From positions 1 to 61,093 of the forward strand of contig JBBISC010000002.1 in NCBI GenBank assembly GCA_037441465.1: a stretch of 61,093 nt of DNA, read 5' to 3'. The notes below the pieces were generated by a model that was given only the letters and a program-made list of their open reading frames with translations, was not told where the DNA came from and did no database searches. This DNA comes from Deltaproteobacteria bacterium (GTDB lineage Bacteria; Desulfobacterota; Deferrimicrobia; Deferrimicrobiales; Deferrimicrobiaceae). Below are positions 56,286 to 61,093 of the stretch, piece by piece (the stretch's first letter is position 1; every line of letters begins with the position of its first letter). A program made the translations under genes and the position numbers.

Positions 56286-57323
56286 CTATCGGTCCTCGAA
56301 CATCGTGGTGAGCAGGGTCGCGGCGTACTCGACCAGCGGGATCACCCGGGAGTAGTCCATCCGGACGGGCCCGATGAGGCCGATGCTCCCCACGGAGGAA
56401 GCGCCCTGACGGTACCCCGAGGCGACCACCGAGATGTCCGGAAGTTCTTCCACCGAGTTCTCGAGCCCGACGGATACCTGGATCACCCGGCTCTCCATCG
56501 CCCGGTCGAGCAGGCGGAAGATCACGCTCTTCTCCTCGAAGGCGCGCAGAATCCGTTTCAGGCGGTGGACATCCTCGGCGAACTCGGGCTGTTCGAGGAT
56601 GTTGGCGCGCCCTTCGATGAAGATCTCGCCGGGAGCGGCGTCCGCGAGCGCCCGGGCACCCATCGTGAGGGCACGCCCCATCACGCGGTCGTACCGGGCC
56701 TTCTCCTTGCCGAGCTCGGCGAGGATCCGGGTGCGCAGTTGCAGCAGCGTCCGCCCCCCGGCCAGCTCGTTGAGGTATGCGCTGATCTTCTCGAGCTCGT
56801 CGCCGGTTAGATCCGGCTCCCCCTCGATCAGGCGGTGCTGAACCCATCCTCCGCGCATCACGGTGACCAGAAGGATCCTCTCCACCCCCGCCCGCATGAG
56901 GCTCACGGAGCTGAGGACCTGCTGTTCCGGCGAGGAAACCACGACGACGCTCGCCTGGCGGGCAAGGTTCGACAGCAGGCGGCTGACCTGCCGCACCAGC
57001 TCGTCCGCCGGGCCGTTCCCTTCCCCCGCCGCGCGGTGCAGCTGGTCCATCTCGCCGCGAACGAGGATTTGCCGCTCCAGGAGGTGGTCGATGTAGTACC
57101 GGAACCCCGCGCTCGTGGGGACGCGCCCCGCGGAGGTGTGCGGCTGGGCGAGGTACCCGGCCTCCTCGAGGTCCGCCATGATATTGCGGATCGTGGCGGG
57201 CGAGAGGGCCTGCCCCATCTTCTTGGAGATGGTCCTCGACCCGACCGGCTCCGCCGTGGCGATGTAATCCTCGACGATGTGGCGCAGGACCCGGGCCGTG
57301 CGATCGTCCATCCCGGAAGCCAT
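56286..57323 (-). CDS. hrcA: heat-inducible transcription repressor HrcA
   Basis: Contains RTARVLRHIVEDYIATAEPVGSRTISKK, GYLAQPHTSAGRVPT and LIGPVRMDYSRVIPLV. A CIRCE element lies upstream. Confidence 0.93.
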   Translation of the reverse strand: MASGMDDRTARVLRHIVEDYIATAEPVGSRTISKKMGQALSPATIRNIMADLEEAGYLAQPHTSAGRVPTSAGFRYYIDHLLERQILVRGEMDQLHRAAGEGNGPADELVRQVSRLLSNLARQASVVVVSSPEQQVLSSVSLMRAGVERILLVTVMRGGWVQHRLIEGEPDLTGDELEKISAYLNELAGGRTLLQLRTRILAELGKEKARYDRVMGRALTMGARALADAAPGEIFIEGRANILEQPEFAEDVHRLKRILRAFEEKSVIFRLLDRAMESRVIQVSVGLENSVEELPDISVVASGYRQGASSVGSIGLIGPVRMDYSRVIPLVEYAATLLTTMFEDR

Positions 57324-57344
57324 TTCACCTTCCCCGCGAACGAG

Positions 57345-57371
57345 TTAGCACTCCGGCAAGGAGAGTGCTAA
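57345..57371. promoter_or_regulatory. CIRCE operator (TTAGCACTC-N9-GAGTGCTAA)
   Basis: A perfect consensus inverted repeat, ttagcactc cggcaagga gagtgctaa, lies 22 nt upstream of the hrcA ATG. Confidence 0.95.
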
Positions 57372-57376
57372 TACAC

Positions 57377-57406
57377 AATGTAGCAGCCGCCGGCCGGCGG
57401 TGTCAA
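57377..57406 (-). promoter_or_regulatory. sigma70-like promoter of the hrcA operon (TTGACA-N18-TACATT)
   Basis: The minus-sense sequence is cTTGACAccgccggccggcggctgcTACATTgtgta, followed immediately by CIRCE. Confidence 0.55.
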
Positions 57407-57769
57407 GCCGGTCCGCCCTCTTCGAACTCCACCCGGTCGCCGGGCGCGGTTCCGGTGGCGGCGAGGGTCCCCGCGCGCAGCTCCAGCGCCCCCCGGGCAT
57501 CCCGATAGACGCGGCCGACCCGGTGTTTCGGTGGGAACCCCTCCCAGGATCCCGACCACGACCCCCTGCGCATCGAGGAACGCCACGTCGACCGGGTACC
57601 GCATCCCCAGGGTGTGCACGCTGCGGCAGGGGACGATCCGCAACCCCTCGCCTTCCGCGGTCGCGGCCGTTCCGGGCAACCCCGCAAGGCACGACAGGAA
57701 GGAGCCCGCCGTCCGCACCTTGTCCCCAAGGAGGATCCCCCCGCGTCCGGTTGGCGGCGCGCACGGCAT
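57403..57769 (-). pseudogene. DUF192 (COG1430) protein with a 1-nt frameshift in a G-run
   Basis: Frame 1 reads ...GLRIVPCRSVHTLGMRYPVDVAFLDAQGVVVGIL. Frame 2 reads EGFPPKHRVGRVYRDARGALELRAGTLAATGTAPGDRVEFEEG. The junction is at CTGGGAG (about 57540-57546), which has one extra G. Confidence 0.65.
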
Positions 57770-57853
57770 CTCCTCCCCCGCGGGTCATCGTACAAGCATA
57801 CCAGAGCACGGGTCCCGCTTGACGGTTCCTCCCGGGCCTGCGACGATGAGCCG

Positions 57854-59017
57854 ATGAACTTCGTCTATCTCTCCCCGCATTTTCCGCCGAACTATCACCG
57901 CTTCTGCGTCCGCCTCCGGGAGGAAGGGGTGAACGTCCTCGGGCTGGCCGACGCCCCGTACGGGTCGCTGCGGCAGGAGCTCCGCGGGGCGCTTTCCGAA
58001 TATTACCGCGTGGACGACATGAACTCGTACGACGCGCTGGTCCGGGCGCTCGGGCACTTCACCCACCGGCACGGGAAGCTCGACGGGATCGACTCCCACA
58101 GCGAGCATTGGCTGGAGACCGAGGCGCGCCTTCGGACGGATTTCAACATGGCCGGGCTTCGCCAGGAACGGATCGGGAGCGTCCGGCGGAAGTCCGCCAT
58201 GAAGGAAATCTACCGGGCCGCCGGGATCCGGGTCGCCCGCGGCGCGGTGGTCAGGACGCTGGAGGAGGCGCGACGGCTGGTCGCGGATACCGGCTACCCG
58301 GTGGTCGCCAAGCCCGACGTGGGGGTGGGGGCGGCGGCGACCTTCAAGATCCGCGACGACGGCGAGCTCTCCTCCTTCTTCGGACGGAAGCTGCCGGTGG
58401 ACTACCTCGTGGAGGAGTTCATCCAGGGAAAAATCTTCTCCTTCGACGGCCTGGCCGACCGCGACGGCAACCTCGTCTTCTTCACCTCGCATGCCTTCAG
58501 CCGGGGGATCATGGAGACGGTCAACGAGGACGGCGACCTCTTCTACCACTCCCTCCGGGAGATCCCGGCGGACCTGGAGAAGGCGGGTCGGCGCACGGCG
58601 CGGGCGTTCGACGTCCGCGGGCGGTTCTTCCACTTCGAGTTCTTCCGGGCCGACGGGGACGGCGGGATCGTCGCCCTCGAGGTGAACCTGCGGCCGCCGG
58701 GGGGGTTGACCACGGACATGTTCAATTACGCCAACGACATCGACATCTACCGGGAATGGGCGCGCGTGGTGGCCCACAACCGGTTCACGGCGGCGTGGTC
58801 CCGTCCTTACCATGTCGGCTACGTCGGCCGGAAACGGGGGAAGCGGTACGTCCACGGTCCCGGGGAGATCCTTGCTGCCTTCGGAAGCCTCATCGTGCAC
58901 CACGAGGAGATCGACTCCGTCTTCCGCGCGGCGATCGGCGACCACGGGTACCTGGTCCGGTCGAAGGACCTTGACGAGGTGCGGGCCGCCGCCCGGTACA
59001 TCCAGGAAACCGCGTAA
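57854..59017 (+). CDS. ATP-grasp domain protein (unknown ligase)
   Basis: Begins MNFVYLSPHFPPNYHRF, and contains GYPVVAKPDVGVGAAATFKI, VEEFIQG and IVALEVNLRPPGG. Confidence 0.75.
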   Translation: MNFVYLSPHFPPNYHRFCVRLREEGVNVLGLADAPYGSLRQELRGALSEYYRVDDMNSYDALVRALGHFTHRHGKLDGIDSHSEHWLETEARLRTDFNMAGLRQERIGSVRRKSAMKEIYRAAGIRVARGAVVRTLEEARRLVADTGYPVVAKPDVGVGAAATFKIRDDGELSSFFGRKLPVDYLVEEFIQGKIFSFDGLADRDGNLVFFTSHAFSRGIMETVNEDGDLFYHSLREIPADLEKAGRRTARAFDVRGRFFHFEFFRADGDGGIVALEVNLRPPGGLTTDMFNYANDIDIYREWARVVAHNRFTAAWSRPYHVGYVGRKRGKRYVHGPGEILAAFGSLIVHHEEIDSVFRAAIGDHGYLVRSKDLDEVRAAARYIQETA

Positions 59018-59039
59018 CGCGGCGAGGAGGGGACCTTCG

Positions 59040-59777
59040 ATGAACGTCGAGTACCACCGATGGTGGAGCCGGAACCTCGCGCAAGACATGGAGCTCAAGG
59101 TGTACGGCCACGCGGGGAAGCCGGTGGTCGTCTTCCCCTGCCAGGGCGGGCGGTTCTACGAGTACGAGGATTTCGGGATGGTCGGTGCGTGCGGTCCCTT
59201 CATCGATTCGGGTGCGATCACGCTGTTCACCGTGGACAGCGTGGACGCCCAGTCGTGGCTCAACGATTCCGCCCACCCCGCCGACCGGGCACGACGGCAC
59301 CTCGACTACGACAGGTACATCATCGATGAGGTCGCGCCGTTCACCTGGGGGAGGAACCAGCACGCCTCCGGTTTCCTGGCGACCGGGTGCAGCATGGGGG
59401 GGTACCACTCCGCGAACTTCTTCTTCCGCCACCCCGGCGTCTTCGACGCCCTGATCGCCCTCTCCGGCGTGTACAAGCTGACCCGGTTCGTCGGCGATTA
59501 TATGGACGAGAACGTCTACCTCAACACCCCTCTCGCCTACCTGCCGAACCTGACGGACCCCTGCTCTCTCGAACGGTACCGTCGCAGCCAGATCGTGGCG
59601 TGCGTCGGGCAGGGGGGATGGGAGGACGAATCGCTGGCGGACACCCGCGACCTGCAGGCGATCCTCGCGGCGAAGGGGATCCCCGCATGGATCGACTTCT
59701 GGGGGCACGACGTCAACCACGACTGGCCGTGGTGGCGCCGCCAGATGCCGTACTTCCTGGGACACCTGGACCTCTAG
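59040..59777 (+). CDS. esterase-family alpha/beta hydrolase (esterase D / putative esterase type)
   Basis: Begins MNVEYHRWWSRNLAQDMELKVYGHAGKPVVVFP and contains GCSMGGYHSANF (GxSxG nucleophile elbow). A GAGGAGG RBS is present. It lies 22 nt after the ATP-grasp gene. Confidence 0.75.
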   Translation: MNVEYHRWWSRNLAQDMELKVYGHAGKPVVVFPCQGGRFYEYEDFGMVGACGPFIDSGAITLFTVDSVDAQSWLNDSAHPADRARRHLDYDRYIIDEVAPFTWGRNQHASGFLATGCSMGGYHSANFFFRHPGVFDALIALSGVYKLTRFVGDYMDENVYLNTPLAYLPNLTDPCSLERYRRSQIVACVGQGGWEDESLADTRDLQAILAAKGIPAWIDFWGHDVNHDWPWWRRQMPYFLGHLDL

Positions 59778-59800
59778 TGAAGCTCTTCGACGCAGGAGGA

Positions 59801-61018
59801 TTACTTCCCTTTCCGCTCCAGTTTCGCCTTGAGGGCTTCCCCCAGGGAACCGAGGGCCGGGGGAGCGGGGGGCGGAGCGAGATACTTCGCATAATCCTCC
59901 GCTTCCCCTTCGGGCGTGTCCGGGGTCTCCGTCGCCGGAAGGGAGAGGGCGACGCGACGCTTCACGGGGTCGACCGAGTCCACCTTCACTTCGATCTCCT
60001 GCCCCGTGCGGAGAACCTCGCCCGCGCTCCGGATCCGCTTTCCCCCGCCGAGCTTCGATATGTGGAGCAGGCCGTCGACTCCCCCGCCGAGGGAGACGAA
60101 GGCCCCGAAGGCGGCCAGGCGGGCAACCTTGCCGACGTGGCGGGATCCCGCGGGGAAACGGTCGACGGCGGTTTCCCACGGGTCCGCGAGGGTCTTCTTG
60201 AGGCTGAAGGAGAAGCGCCTGTTCGCCCAGTCGAGGCGCGTGATCGCGACCTCGACCTGCTGTCCGACGGAGAGAACGCTCTGGATATCCTCCACTCTGT
60301 CCCACCCGATCTCCGAAATGGGGAGCAGCCCCTCGATCGGGCCGACGGAGACGAAGGCGCCGAACTCCCGGACCGCGGTGACGGTCCCCGTCATCACCAT
60401 CCCCTCCGTGAGCGTCGCCATCACCTCCAGCGTTTTCCGTTCCTCCTCCTCTTCCAGCAAGGCCCGGCGGGAGACGACGATGTTGCGACCCTTTTCCCCG
60501 TACTTCGTGATCCGGAACGCGGCGCGCTTCCCGACGTACTCCTCCTGGCCCCCGGACCGCGGAAGGTCCATCTGCGAGTGGGGGCAGAACGCCCTCGCCC
60601 CGCCCGCGAGGCGGATTTCGTATCCCCCCTTGATCTCCTTTACCACGACCCCGTCCACGGGGATCCCCGAGTTCGAGGCGTCCTCGAGCTGCGCCGCCCC
60701 GGCGGCCCCCCCGGCGACCCGGGTGGTGAAGAGCATCTCGCTGCCCTCCGCGGAGACGAAGTACGCCTCGAGGGTGTCCCCCTCCTTGACCGCGACGGTC
60801 CCCGCCTCGTCCAGTAGTTCCTTCGCCGCAAGGACACCCTCTCCCTTCCGGCCCATGTCGAGGAACACCCACTCCGGGGTCACCTTGACGACCCGGGCGG
60901 ATACCTTCCGCCCGGGCTCGTACCGCGTCGGGGCGACGAAGCTTCTGTCGAACATCTCCCCGAAACTCTCTTCTTCCGGCTCTCCCCCGGTTTCCGTCTT
61001 CTCTTCGTCCGGCTCCAC
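59801..61018 (-). CDS. S1 RNA-binding domain protein (four S1 repeats, ribosomal protein S1-like)
   Basis: It has repeated S1 OB-fold signatures (GRKVSARVVKVTPEWVFLDMG; GIPVDGVVVKEIKGGYEI; GMVMTGTVTAVREFGAFVSV; GSRHVGKVARLAAFGAFVSL) and an acidic N-terminus. Confidence 0.8.
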   Translation of the reverse strand: MEPDEEKTETGGEPEEESFGEMFDRSFVAPTRYEPGRKVSARVVKVTPEWVFLDMGRKGEGVLAAKELLDEAGTVAVKEGDTLEAYFVSAEGSEMLFTTRVAGGAAGAAQLEDASNSGIPVDGVVVKEIKGGYEIRLAGGARAFCPHSQMDLPRSGGQEEYVGKRAAFRITKYGEKGRNIVVSRRALLEEEEERKTLEVMATLTEGMVMTGTVTAVREFGAFVSVGPIEGLLPISEIGWDRVEDIQSVLSVGQQVEVAITRLDWANRRFSFSLKKTLADPWETAVDRFPAGSRHVGKVARLAAFGAFVSLGGGVDGLLHISKLGGGKRIRSAGEVLRTGQEIEVKVDSVDPVKRRVALSLPATETPDTPEGEAEDYAKYLAPPPAPPALGSLGEALKAKLERKGK

Positions 61019-61093
61019 GCGTTTCCCCCGTCCTGTTTTTCCCCGCCGCCTCCCCGCCCGGGCGAGACGCTACCCCAGCAATTTCGCCAGCCG

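Noticed and set aside
61070-61093. C-terminal tail of another minus-strand gene (...RLAKLLG-stop) at the right edge
   Set aside because: Only 7 codons lie inside the window, which is too little to call.

Overview
High-GC (about 65-70%) bacterial chromosomal segment. It is very compact, and almost every gene from 5.0 to 57.8 kb lies on the minus strand, often with 4-nt ATGA/GTGA stop/start overlaps.

Core content:
- serS, futalosine-pathway radical-SAM genes (mqnE/mqnC) and a GAF-domain histidine kinase
- glgA plus a GalT-like HIT enzyme, and dksA
- a cobalamin-uptake locus, btuF-btuC-btuD then btuB, with two cobalamin riboswitches
- a 10-gene type II secretion / MSHA-pilus-like cluster: GspG, GspE, GspF, a pseudopilin, a PilM-N fusion, PilO-like, PilP-like, secretin, ExeA-like ATPase and a TPR protein
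- ispB-like, rlmE, radA, larC/larB, two CNNM/CorC paralogs, thiL, lon, hsp20, galU and dinG
- hrcA-grpE-dnaJ with a perfect CIRCE operator
- an ATP-grasp/esterase pair and an S1-domain protein

Accessory islets, mostly of lower GC:
1. An arsenic locus at the left edge (DUF2703, ArsP-like permease, thioredoxin-like protein and ArsR, divergent from ACR3). ACR3 is broken by two compensating 1-nt indels.
2. A two-gene type II R-M-like module inserted seamlessly between mqnE and mqnC. Its methyltransferase carries a degenerate staphylococcal-nuclease-like C-terminal domain.
3. An orphan MerR-HicB fusion next to about 430 bp of decayed sequence.
4. A decayed defence/TA islet: a nuclease remnant, a GIY-YIG/DUF4357 pseudogene and higBA.
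5. An AhpD/CMD-family gene whose CxxC active-site Cys is an in-frame TGA. The TGA is followed by an fdhF-like SECIS hairpin, so this is a likely selenoprotein. The gene is bracketed by a duplicated radA 3-prime end.

One further observation is a roughly 370-nt non-coding, structured stretch with a tRNA-like 3-prime end and a terminator that I could not assign to any RNA family.

I found no CRISPR array, rRNA, complete tRNA, transposase or integrase. None of the domain or family calls could be checked against a database. They rest on motif recognition in the supplied translations.
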